Shown here: one piece after another, positions 18,622 through 27,138 of the stretch
Position numbering within the stretch: position 1 is the stretch's first letter
Layout: the number at the start of each line of letters is the position of its first letter
The notes under the pieces: model-generated
The model's database searches: none
What the model was told of the DNA's origin: nothing
The model's input: the letters and a program-made list of their open reading frames with translations, nothing else
Made by a program: the position numbers and the translations under genes
Origin: a virus
Direction: 5' to 3' (one strand)
IMG/VR virus record: IMGVR_UViG_3300045973_000529
Location: 32,001 to 96,000 of that record
Length of the DNA stretch: 64,000 nt

Positions 18622-19251
18622 ATGGACAATCACCTCGCCGTTCAATGTATCGATCGCCAGATCGCTGCCATCTCCCGCCTGCACGCCGTGATCAACACGA
18701 ACGAGTACCACTCAATCCTCAGCGCCGTGACTGCGGTTGCGAAGGATGGGTACAAGCGCCGTGTCATGATCGCAGGGGTCGGCAAGAACAGCAACATCGC
18801 CTCCAAGATCAGCGAGACGATGGCCAGTCTCGGCATCCCCTCGTTCTACCTGAACGTCAGCCACTGCGGTCACGGTGACTTCGGTTTCATCGGCCACGAG
18901 GACCTCATCATCCACATCAGCCGCTCGGGCACGACACGCGAAATGGTCGAGGCGATGAGCCACATCAAGAAGATCCGTCCACAGGTCGTGCAGGTCCTGA
19001 TCCACTGCAAGCCGAACAAGCCAGTGAACAACGATGCCGACATCGAGCTCTTCATCGGCGCAGTTGCTGAAGGCGACGAGTTCGAGCTCGCGCCGACCAC
19101 CTCCACAACCGCGTTGCTCTGTACCCTCGACACGATCTCGGTACAGGTCTCGCACGCCATCGGCTTCAAGCGCCTCGACTTCCTGAAGTTCCACCCGGAT
19201 GGCGCACTCGGTGCGATGCTCAAGGCTGAACAAACCAAGGACACTCAATGA
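18622..19251 (+). CDS. D-arabinose 5-phosphate isomerase-like SIS-domain protein (KdsD/GutQ family, no CBS domains)
   Basis: GVGKN, HGDFG, SRSGTT, LAPTTSTT, DFLKFHPDGALG; start at ATG 18622 with SD aaggag. Confidence 0.9.
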   Translation: MDNHLAVQCIDRQIAAISRLHAVINTNEYHSILSAVTAVAKDGYKRRVMIAGVGKNSNIASKISETMASLGIPSFYLNVSHCGHGDFGFIGHEDLIIHISRSGTTREMVEAMSHIKKIRPQVVQVLIHCKPNKPVNNDADIELFIGAVAEGDEFELAPTTSTTALLCTLDTISVQVSHAIGFKRLDFLKFHPDGALGAMLKAEQTKDTQ

Positions 19252-19421
19252 ATTGCATCAAGTGTGGGAAGTCGATCTTCGAGATCGGTGCATTCCTTAC
19301 CCGCGTGAATGACAAGGGCGGGAACGGCATCTGGGAATGCAGCCCCTCGTGCGCTGCTGAGCTCACCCAAGAGCAAGCCCTGCTTGCTGCCGTCGAAGGT
19401 CCTGAACAGGAACCGAAATGA
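19248..19421 (+). CDS. Small Zn-binding protein (57 aa; CIKC...CSPSC)
   Basis: Not in the track; ATGA overlaps at both ends. Confidence 0.7.
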   Translation: MNCIKCGKSIFEIGAFLTRVNDKGGNGIWECSPSCAAELTQEQALLAAVEGPEQEPK

Positions 19422-19603
19422 TCTACGCAACACCAGTGACCGAGCACGGCGAGCGGTCAGTGCATCTCATCTGCACGAACGAGGAAATCGGCATCATCTC
19501 AAATGAGCTCGGTGAGCACGCATTCTATGCGCATGACACAGTGCCGCTTACACTCGACCTGCTCGAAGCTGTTGCCAACTTTCTGAGGACACTCAACGTA
19601 TGA
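19418..19603 (+). CDS. Hypothetical protein
   Basis: Coupled at both ends. Confidence 0.7.
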   Translation: MIYATPVTEHGERSVHLICTNEEIGIISNELGEHAFYAHDTVPLTLDLLEAVANFLRTLNV

Positions 19604-21264
19604 ACCTCGTCATTGTCGCTGGGGGCCTTGGCTCCCGCCTAGCCCCGCTCACAAACTTCATCCCTAAGTTCCTCGTGAACATTGGGAAGGAGACCGGGTT
19701 CGTGAAGATGTTGGAATACTGGCGTGAGTACCAGCCCGAGTCGATCACTGTGATCGTCCACAGCCGGTACAAGGGCTTGGTGCAAGCGTACTTCGATCTG
19801 TATTTCAAGAACGATCCACTGATGAAGACATGGTCGGATGACGGTGAAGAAATCCGTACTCCGTTCATCATCAAGACGGTCGACGAAGCGAACGGCTCGG
19901 CGCACGCGATCATGACGACTTGCGGTGATCATCTGAACAAGCAGCCAGTCCTGTTCACTTGGTGTGATGTGATTCCAGGCGAGTCCTTCGACATCGAGGA
20001 ACTGAACCACGGCGGCGCCTTCGCGTTCACGAACTATGACTACCCGAACAGGTACGACCTGGTTCAACCAATGGTGGCGCCGGATGCGCCAAAGCTCGGC
20101 TGGGCTGACCGTGTGCCAGCCATTCGGTCAGATGGTCGTGGTGGTCTGTTCGGCGTGTACTACGTCAGCACCTTCGAGAAGAAGCCCTTCACCGATGGTC
20201 AGGACTTCGTCGAGCTGCTTGGGCGGTACTCGCACCGTGGCTTCGTGTACGAGGTCAAGATGCCGAGCATTGTCGACTTCGGCGACATGCCAAAGCTCGA
20301 GCGTGTTCGCTCAACAGCCGATGCAGCTCGGTCCTTCAACTCGGTCAAGATGCACGGTGACCTCGTGCTCAAGAGCGCGCTGACAGCACAGGGCGAAGGT
20401 CTCATCAAGCGTGAAGTCGCTTGGTACAGCGAGCTCGATGCGATGCAATCGACTGTCCGTCGGCCGAAGCACTGGGCGAGCTCTGATGGCACGTCGTTTG
20501 TGATGTCGAAGGTCAAGGGCGTACCAGTCTGGGAACAGTGGTCGAAACTCGACGATGACGGTCGTGCAATGGTGCTGTCACGCATCTTCGAGCAGCTCGA
20601 TACGCTGCACTGCCACAAACGCGAGGTCGGTACAGTCCAAGTCCAGACCGACATTCGTGTCGAGGCGTACGACAAGCTCATTGCCAGGTACGACGAGATC
20701 AAGCCGATGATCGATGCCTTCGGCCCAGTGCAGTGGGTGAACTGCCACAAGCTCGAGTGCCTCGATCCGAAGGTCACGATCAAGCGCTTGTACGGGGAGT
20801 TGGCAAAGCAGTACAGCACGTCACTGCACAGTTTGATCCACGGTGACCTGCAGATGTCGAACACGATGATCGATCCTGACACCCTTGAGGTGACGCTGAT
20901 CGATCCACGTGGGTACTTCGGCAAGAGCACCACCTATGGTTGCGCTGATTACGACATCGCGAAGCTGTTGTACTCGCTCAGCGGCTACGATCTGTTCAAC
21001 TACTCGAAGGACTTCCATCTGATCCACAATGGGCTGGGCAGCGTTGGCGACGGGAGTCAACAGTGGTTCATCCAGTTCGACATCCCAACACCCAACACGG
21101 GCGGATGTCAGCCGATCTTCGAGCAGCGCTTCACGCGTGTTCACCAGCTCTGGTTGGCCGTGATCTGGATCGGGCTGGCGCAGTACATCAAGAACGACCC
21201 AGTGAAGTCGGTTGCGGCGCACTACCACGGTTTGGCCATGGCCGAAAGGATCCTTGCATCATGA
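19600..21264 (+). CDS. Nucleotidyltransferase fused to an APH/choline-kinase-like domain (NDP-sugar synthesis)
   Basis: AGGLGSRLAPLT..IPK, WCDVIP; C-terminal IHGDLQMSN, IDPRGYFG, YDIAK. Confidence 0.9.
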   Translation: MNLVIVAGGLGSRLAPLTNFIPKFLVNIGKETGFVKMLEYWREYQPESITVIVHSRYKGLVQAYFDLYFKNDPLMKTWSDDGEEIRTPFIIKTVDEANGSAHAIMTTCGDHLNKQPVLFTWCDVIPGESFDIEELNHGGAFAFTNYDYPNRYDLVQPMVAPDAPKLGWADRVPAIRSDGRGGLFGVYYVSTFEKKPFTDGQDFVELLGRYSHRGFVYEVKMPSIVDFGDMPKLERVRSTADAARSFNSVKMHGDLVLKSALTAQGEGLIKREVAWYSELDAMQSTVRRPKHWASSDGTSFVMSKVKGVPVWEQWSKLDDDGRAMVLSRIFEQLDTLHCHKREVGTVQVQTDIRVEAYDKLIARYDEIKPMIDAFGPVQWVNCHKLECLDPKVTIKRLYGELAKQYSTSLHSLIHGDLQMSNTMIDPDTLEVTLIDPRGYFGKSTTYGCADYDIAKLLYSLSGYDLFNYSKDFHLIHNGLGSVGDGSQQWFIQFDIPTPNTGGCQPIFEQRFTRVHQLWLAVIWIGLAQYIKNDPVKSVAAHYHGLAMAERILAS

Positions 21265-21509
21265 AACCACGTTTCCAGTTCATCGCCGACAGCGCTGCAC
21301 CAATGGTGGTGTCTGGCACCGCCACTTGGACGTACACCGTTCAGGTGCGCGGAGAGGATGTCGAGCAGCAGCTTTCAGTGCACCTTGAGAGCTTCACAGA
21401 TGCGCACCAGTTGGACGCGCTGTTGGAGCACACATTCAAGCTCGGCATTCGCGAAGGCGACTGGCGCGTCATCCGCGCCGTCGAGAACGCTATGCAGGAG
21501 TATCAGTAG
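21261..21509 (+). CDS. Hypothetical protein
   Basis: ATGA overlap; start moved to 21261. Confidence 0.7.
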   Translation: MKPRFQFIADSAAPMVVSGTATWTYTVQVRGEDVEQQLSVHLESFTDAHQLDALLEHTFKLGIREGDWRVIRAVENAMQEYQ

Positions 21510-22293
21510 CCTTCTTGATGGTGATGTCACCGAGCTCCAGAAAGTACCGGTTGATCTCCATGTCGTCATCATCAATTAGTGGATCGAGGATCACGACTTG
21601 ATTGCCACGCTGTGCAAGGTTTCGTGATCCAGGGTCGAATCGCATGTTCCCGGATAGCACCTTCTTGTTCACGTCGCCCAGTGCTGTACAGAATCCAAGG
21701 AGCTCTGGATTAAGGTGCCTGGCGTACTGAATGTATGGGGCGTCATGCCCCTTCACATCGGTCATGATCCAGATCAGCGTCTTCGCGTCTTTGCGAGGAT
21801 CACCAGTGAACTCCTGTCCCGTTTCCATCAGCGTGTTCACGGTCACATAGTTCGCCAGATCGTCTTCCTCTTCGATGACCTTAGCGATCTTTGGATCGGT
21901 GAAGAGTTTGAAGGTTCCCGTCTTGCATGGTGACAGCAACTCCATCTTCACGTAGTACACCTTGCTTGAGTCAATCGGGTCGCCATCTTCACGGTCAAAA
22001 ATCCCGAGGTCCTTGAAGAATCTAGGCAGCCGACGAATCTTCGACTTCAACTTCGGAAGATACGGGTTGTCCTGGTTCTCGAGGCAGTACTTGATGAAAG
22101 ACTCATACGCTGAGTCGTACATCCAGAACTTGAAAACCGTCGTGCCATTCGTTAGAGCAACGCCATTTGTACCGCGCCCAAGTGGCCTGAGTTTTGTACG
22201 CCCCGCGTTGAACTCAGCCTGTAGCCATTCAACGGCGCTGACTGGCGTTTTGTCCTGCAGGTGCTTGATTCCGGTCAGTTCATCAACTCTCAT
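21490..22293 (-). CDS. Protein-kinase-like fold protein, paralogue 2
   Basis: LGRGTNG, VFK, NPYLP, KMELL, DPGSRN, ILDP. Confidence 0.75.
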   Translation of the reverse strand: MRVDELTGIKHLQDKTPVSAVEWLQAEFNAGRTKLRPLGRGTNGVALTNGTTVFKFWMYDSAYESFIKYCLENQDNPYLPKLKSKIRRLPRFFKDLGIFDREDGDPIDSSKVYYVKMELLSPCKTGTFKLFTDPKIAKVIEEEDDLANYVTVNTLMETGQEFTGDPRKDAKTLIWIMTDVKGHDAPYIQYARHLNPELLGFCTALGDVNKKVLSGNMRFDPGSRNLAQRGNQVVILDPLIDDDDMEINRYFLELGDITIKKATDTPA

Positions 22294-22940
22294 GCTGGGT
22301 CACCCATTTGTCCAGTGTCGATACGCACCGTTGGGGAAGGTGCAACAGGATCAGAGAAGACAAGCTGCTTTCCGCGCAACATCACATTCCCCTTGTGCAG
22401 ATCTAGATTGTTCACACCGTACGAGAGGATGTGCTTCCACATCTCGACGAAGTACTTGTCGCCCTTGCCAAGTTTGAAGGCCTGCTTCACGGCCGAGGTG
22501 ATGACGTACATGTCAGCTGTGTCGATGCCATCGGCCAGCTGATCAATGATCTCTTCCTCGTCATCATCGCTCGCGTCCAACCCGAGGGCCTTCACGAAGG
22601 CAGCGGTGTAGACCTTCTCCGTCTTGATTGGCGTCATCTTCTGCATGAACACGATGTGGTACGTCTTGATCTTGGCGCCTGGATCAGGATTCTGGTACTC
22701 AACTTGCTCAATGATCTCTGGCACGTACGGATTGTTCTGATGCTGCAAGCACCACTGCACGTACTTGGCGAACAGCTTGTCCTTGCCGGAGTAGACCTTG
22801 GTTACCACATTATGAAACTGTGGATGCTGGAAGACCTGGGAGAACGCGCCTCCACCAAGCTTCTTGATCTTCTCTTTCGTGACGAGCCGCTTCAGGTAGT
22901 CTTCGAGCGACTCTTCACGCAGCAGTTGAGCAACTTTCAT
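22290..22940 (-). CDS. Protein-kinase-like fold protein, paralogue 1
   Basis: LGGGAFSQV, VTK, NPYVP, FMQKM, DLHKGNVM, FSDP. Confidence 0.8.
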   Translation of the reverse strand: MKVAQLLREESLEDYLKRLVTKEKIKKLGGGAFSQVFQHPQFHNVVTKVYSGKDKLFAKYVQWCLQHQNNPYVPEIIEQVEYQNPDPGAKIKTYHIVFMQKMTPIKTEKVYTAAFVKALGLDASDDDEEEIIDQLADGIDTADMYVITSAVKQAFKLGKGDKYFVEMWKHILSYGVNNLDLHKGNVMLRGKQLVFSDPVAPSPTVRIDTGQMGDPA

Positions 22941-22961
22941 TGACGATTCCTCTGTGATGGG

Positions 22962-22969
22962 CTATTTAC
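22962..22969 (-). promoter_or_regulatory. Late promoter GTAAATAG for the kinase pair
   Basis: 21 nt upstream of ATG 22940. Confidence 0.7.
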
Positions 22970-22971
22970 CC

Positions 22972-23014
22972 GTTACAGATTCGCGTTGTACTTTCTCAGG
23001 GACGGTGATAAGAT
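22972..23014 (+). promoter_or_regulatory. GTTACA box plus TTGTAC-N17-TAAGAT promoter
   Basis: Extended -10; ATG 7 nt downstream. Confidence 0.75.
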
Positions 23015-23021
23015 GCTGAGC

Positions 23022-23276
23022 ATGAACATCGTCTCCCACTCCGATCCCAAGGCTGCCCTCGCCTGGTCCAAGATCCCCATCGGGATCGATGCCTGGAAGG
23101 CGAACTGCCTTGCCTCCAGCCATGTCCGCGAAGGCGACACGCTGCACTTCAACACCGACGCCTACAACGTCGTCTCCGCCTGGATCGACGGCACCTCGGT
23201 CTGCCTCGGGTACTTCTTCATCGACGGCGACGAGCGCAGCAAGATCGTCTCGGGCGCTGGCTGGAACCACCTCTGA
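23022..23276 (+). CDS. Hypothetical early protein (leaderless candidate)
   Basis: Start inferred from the promoter position. Confidence 0.7.
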   Translation: MNIVSHSDPKAALAWSKIPIGIDAWKANCLASSHVREGDTLHFNTDAYNVVSAWIDGTSVCLGYFFIDGDERSKIVSGAGWNHL

Positions 23277-23283
23277 GGGCTGC

Positions 23284-23745
23284 ATGAAGCCAATCGTCAA
23301 AGACCTGGCCCAGTGTACTCGTAACTGGGCCGAGAAGACCCGTGACCGGGTCTGTGCCCCATCCAATCTGATGGGCATGTGCGCCATCGCCAGTGCCCAT
23401 CTTCATCGGGTGCTGGCCGACGCGGGCGTCAAGACCGTGATCGCCGCGAACAACGGGCACGTGTTCCTGCTTCTGAACGGCTGCGTGCTCGACATCACCG
23501 CCACGCAGTTCTCGCGGGAAGTTGGTGACGATGGCTACCCGGCCGTGTTCTACCGCCGACACAGCCTGATCCTCTCCGGCTGTACCGAATACCGCACTCG
23601 GTTGTGGGACAGCCATTGGCACGCGTTGCACAAGTTCACCACCGTCGAGGAGCTGAACCTGTGGCAGCGGAACTGGTCTTCCAATCAGCAAGCTGTCCAT
23701 AACTGGGATCCAATCTTCATCAAGAACCCATGGATGTACTTTTGA
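23284..23745 (+). CDS. Transglutaminase/papain-like Cys-His-Asp protein
   Basis: GMCAIAS...HVFL...LDITATQF. Confidence 0.6.
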   Translation: MKPIVKDLAQCTRNWAEKTRDRVCAPSNLMGMCAIASAHLHRVLADAGVKTVIAANNGHVFLLLNGCVLDITATQFSREVGDDGYPAVFYRRHSLILSGCTEYRTRLWDSHWHALHKFTTVEELNLWQRNWSSNQQAVHNWDPIFIKNPWMYF

Positions 23746-23747
23746 TC

Positions 23748-23790
23748 GTTACAGATCTCTGATGTACAAGCTCTCGGGATGGAGTAGAAT
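23748..23790 (+). promoter_or_regulatory. GTTACA box plus ATGTAC-N17-TAGAAT promoter
   Basis: ATG 6 nt downstream. Confidence 0.7.
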
Positions 23791-23796
23791 GCACTC

Positions 23797-24069
23797 ATGA
23801 GCTACATCGACATCTCCATCAAGGGCCCGGTCGGAACCTTCACCAAGCACGTCAAGCCGCTTGGTGTCTCGACCGAGATCATCCTCAAGGTTCCCGCTTG
23901 GGACATAACCTCGGTGCGCTGCCACGGCGATGACGCTGCGCTGCGCACCATGATCCTCGATCGCTTCGACGACCAACGGGTCGCTGAGATGCACTTGGTC
24001 GCCATCCGCACGGGCGATGTTGCTCGTGTGGCCTGCAAGAACCGCACCCTCATGGAGCAGCGCGCATGA
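23797..24069 (+). CDS. Hypothetical protein
   Basis: Track ORF following the promoter. Confidence 0.75.
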   Translation: MSYIDISIKGPVGTFTKHVKPLGVSTEIILKVPAWDITSVRCHGDDAALRTMILDRFDDQRVAEMHLVAIRTGDVARVACKNRTLMEQRA

Positions 24070-24443
24070 ACGTCACGATCCAAGAAATCGACCACAACGA
24101 GTTCCACATCCTGAACAACGGCGAGCGCGTGTTCGTCGTCGAGCGCGAGCACCTCAAGGGCGGCAAGCGCGGCTTCTGGCTCTGCAAGATGGAGACCATC
24201 ATCGGTCATCTGACCGTGATGCGTGATCAGTACAGCAACGACATCCTCGAGCGCGCCAAGGCGCACATCTCCGGTGCCGTGCCGTTCGGTCCATGGCGGT
24301 TCCGCAAGGACTGCGCCAAGAACGAGTTCCTCTGGCACAACCACGAGTGGCTCGCCGATCTCGCCTTCCAGTTCGGCGGCGAGTGGACGTCTGAGTACTT
24401 CGACTGGGAAGACCGAGCAATCCTGATCCAGAAGGTGGCATGA
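24066..24443 (+). CDS. Hypothetical protein
   Basis: ATGA overlap. Confidence 0.75.
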   Translation: MNVTIQEIDHNEFHILNNGERVFVVEREHLKGGKRGFWLCKMETIIGHLTVMRDQYSNDILERAKAHISGAVPFGPWRFRKDCAKNEFLWHNHEWLADLAFQFGGEWTSEYFDWEDRAILIQKVA

Positions 24444-24751
24444 TGCGACTTCTACTGTGCTATTCCGACGGTGACCAATGCACGTGGTCGGCTGACTTCG
24501 TGCTGCCCATCGAGTACGAGTCTGCCGAGGCCGCGATCGTCGATTTCGAGGCGGCCTGCATGGCGGCCGTCAAGGAGAACGACTGGCGCCGGGCTGGTGA
24601 GTTCGTCTTCTGCGGCCACACCCTGAACGCTGACACGTTCTGGTTCACGGACCGCATGTGCGACCCGCGTGATCGCAAGCCGCATGCGTTCTACCCACCG
24701 GACTTCTACACCATCGACGAGTTCTTCGAACTCCGTAAGGGTCAATCATGA
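24440..24751 (+). CDS. Hypothetical protein
   Basis: ATGA overlap. Confidence 0.75.
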   Translation: MMRLLLCYSDGDQCTWSADFVLPIEYESAEAAIVDFEAACMAAVKENDWRRAGEFVFCGHTLNADTFWFTDRMCDPRDRKPHAFYPPDFYTIDEFFELRKGQS

Positions 24752-24984
24752 AACGCGTTCTGTTCTGGGCGGCGTTCCTGCCGCTCGCGGTCCTGCTCAT
24801 GGTGAGCGGGTTCGTCACGATGCTGTTTGTGTACCTCGGACAGCTCATGGCTGGCCTGTCCTGCGTGTACTCGCAGCTGCTCGACAACTGGGAGAACTGG
24901 TGCTATGACACGCAGGCAACCCAATGGGGCAAGCAGACCCTGAAGGACGCCTTCCTGTTCGGGTGGGAAAGCCACCATGGCTGA
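24748..24984 (+). CDS. Hypothetical membrane protein
   Basis: Hydrophobic N-terminal half. Confidence 0.7.
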   Translation: MKRVLFWAAFLPLAVLLMVSGFVTMLFVYLGQLMAGLSCVYSQLLDNWENWCYDTQATQWGKQTLKDAFLFGWESHHG

Positions 24985-25417
24985 ACTCCTGCAGATCCTG
25001 TTCCTGGCGGCAATCCAGTTCAGCGGTCTGCAAGGTGTTCAACCGCCAGTGGCGGCGCTGCATCACCATGAGATGATGCTCCAGGTCTGTGCTGATCTGG
25101 CACAAACGCCGGACTACCAGGACTGCGTGAACCAACATGGGCTGGTCGCGGCGTACATCATTGAGCAGCATCGAGTCGTCTACGACATGGACAACTTGAA
25201 TCTGAACGATGACACGGACAACTCATACGTGGTGCATGAGTTCACGCACTCGCTCCAAGCTCAGACCCATGGTGACGGCATCTTCACGACCTGCGAGGGG
25301 GTCTTTGCAGCCGAGAAGGAAGCGTACTTCGTGCAGCAGAAGTACCTGAAATCGCGATCCCAATTTCGACGCGTCGGCGATCGGCTGCGCTACATCACTT
25401 GCGAAAGTCTCAAATGA
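24977..25417 (+). CDS. Putative exported HEXXH metallopeptidase-like protein
   Basis: Signal-like N-terminus; VVHEFTHSLQ followed by E.EAY. Confidence 0.65.
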   Translation: MAELLQILFLAAIQFSGLQGVQPPVAALHHHEMMLQVCADLAQTPDYQDCVNQHGLVAAYIIEQHRVVYDMDNLNLNDDTDNSYVVHEFTHSLQAQTHGDGIFTTCEGVFAAEKEAYFVQQKYLKSRSQFRRVGDRLRYITCESLK

Positions 25418-25668
25418 ACACGTACTGGTCTGATTGGCAGGCTCAAGCCCCTCGCGACTGCCCTATCTGTGAGCTCGACACTGCAACCCCACGGTACACG
25501 CTGAACGTCGTGAACTACGAAACCAAGCGTGTCAGCGTCATGACATTGGGCCAGGAAGTGCTCGGTCAGCTTATGACGTTCTGCGACCGACTCGAGATGC
25601 TGTCATCACAGCGTGCCAAGGCTCGCGTCTTCAGGCTGAACAAGATGTGGTACCGAACCCAACGCTGA
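25414..25668 (+). CDS. Hypothetical protein (CPIC motif)
   Basis: ATGA overlap. Confidence 0.65.
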   Translation: MNTYWSDWQAQAPRDCPICELDTATPRYTLNVVNYETKRVSVMTLGQEVLGQLMTFCDRLEMLSSQRAKARVFRLNKMWYRTQR

Positions 25669-25731
25669 CGGTCCTCGCCAGCTGGGCGAGTTACGATTGG
25701 CGTACCCTAGTTTCACAATGAGGTAGCCATC

Positions 25732-26829
25732 ATGCGCATCGGTGTTCCAAAGGAAATCAAGAACCACGAGTACCGTGTCGGTCTCACCGACGCAGCCGTT
25801 CGCGAATACGTCAAGCACCGACACGAGGTTCGCGTTCAGCGAGGCGCTGGTCGTGGTGCCAACATCTCGGACGAGGACTACGTCAACGCGGGCGCCATTT
25901 TGGTCGACACGGCTGAAGAGGTCTTCGGCATGTCGCAGATGATCGTCAAGGTCAAGGAACCTCAACCCTCCGAGATCGCGCTGTTGAACAACAGCCACAT
26001 CCTGTACACGTACCTCCATCTGGCACCTGATCGCGCCCAGACCGAAGGGCTCCTGAACTCCGGTGCCGTGTGCTTCGCGTACGAGACCTTCACCCAGCCT
26101 GGTGGTGGACTGCCGCTGTTGGCACCGATGTCCGAGGTCGCTGGTCGCATGGCGACTCAGGTCGCAGCCATGTACCTCATGAAGCCACTTGGCGGCAAAG
26201 GTGTGCTGATGGGTGGTGTCCCCGGTGTTGCCCCCGCGCACGTGGTCATTCTTGGCGCTGGCGTCGTTGGTACGAATGCGCTACAGATGGCCGTCGGTCT
26301 CGGCGCCCGTGTCACGGTGCTGGATGTGAATGTCCCGCGGCTCCGTCAGCTGGACCAGATCTACGGCAATCGCATCACTGCGCTGTACTCGACTGAGCAG
26401 TCCCGTCGTACCTGCATGATGGCGGACGCTGTCATCGGCGGCATTCTGCTGCCTGGTGCAGCAGCCCCGAAGCTCGTGACGGCCGACATGGTCGAGTTCA
26501 TGCAACCTGGCTCTGTGCTCGTGGACGTCGCCATCGATCAAGGCGGTTGCTTCGAGACCAGCCACGCAACGACGCACCAGGACCCGGTGTACATGGTGAA
26601 CGATGTCGTGCACTACTGCGTCGCGAACATGCCTGGTGCGTACGCTCGAACAAGCACCTATGCGCTGAACAACGCTACGCTTCAATACGGCCTCGAGATC
26701 GCGAGCTCTGGCTGGCGCGAGGCCATCAAGAACGAGCACATCAAGGCTGGGCTGAATGTCCAACAAGGCATCCTCACCTGCCGCGGCGTCGCCGATGCTT
26801 TCCCTGATCTTTGTTTTGTGGAGATTTGA
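25732..26829 (+). CDS. ald: Alanine dehydrogenase
   Basis: MRIGVPKEIKNHEYRV, KVKEP, YLHLA, GAGVVG, VDVAIDQGGCFETS, YCVANMPGA. Confidence 0.96.
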   Translation: MRIGVPKEIKNHEYRVGLTDAAVREYVKHRHEVRVQRGAGRGANISDEDYVNAGAILVDTAEEVFGMSQMIVKVKEPQPSEIALLNNSHILYTYLHLAPDRAQTEGLLNSGAVCFAYETFTQPGGGLPLLAPMSEVAGRMATQVAAMYLMKPLGGKGVLMGGVPGVAPAHVVILGAGVVGTNALQMAVGLGARVTVLDVNVPRLRQLDQIYGNRITALYSTEQSRRTCMMADAVIGGILLPGAAAPKLVTADMVEFMQPGSVLVDVAIDQGGCFETSHATTHQDPVYMVNDVVHYCVANMPGAYARTSTYALNNATLQYGLEIASSGWREAIKNEHIKAGLNVQQGILTCRGVADAFPDLCFVEI

Positions 26830-27111
26830 ATGACAAGCCCAACTGTTGCTTACATCGTCGAGATGACCGAGTACGAACGTGGTTGGGGCAGCCGGCCCGA
26901 TGGTTATCTCGCGTTCCCAACCGAAGCCGATGCCAAGGCGTACGTCACCAAGGAAACGGCGGAGCGGTCAATCCACAACGTGCCAGACGAGTACATCGCA
27001 TTCTCGATGGTCGGGTACAGGGAGTGCTCGCCGCGCATCATCGAGTCGATGGCGAATAGCGGCTGCCGCGGGTTCACGTACATCGATCGTCTCGATGAGC
27101 TGAAGACCTGA
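26830..27111 (+). CDS. Hypothetical protein
   Basis: Abuts the ald stop. Confidence 0.75.
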   Translation: MTSPTVAYIVEMTEYERGWGSRPDGYLAFPTEADAKAYVTKETAERSIHNVPDEYIAFSMVGYRECSPRIIESMANSGCRGFTYIDRLDELKT

Positions 27112-27125
27112 TCGGTCGGAAACGC

Positions 27126-27131
27126 TATAAT
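27126..27131 (+). promoter_or_regulatory. -10 TATAAT, 7 nt before the topoisomerase ATG
   Basis: Consensus hexamer; no SD. Confidence 0.6.
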
Positions 27132-27138
27132 AGCACCC

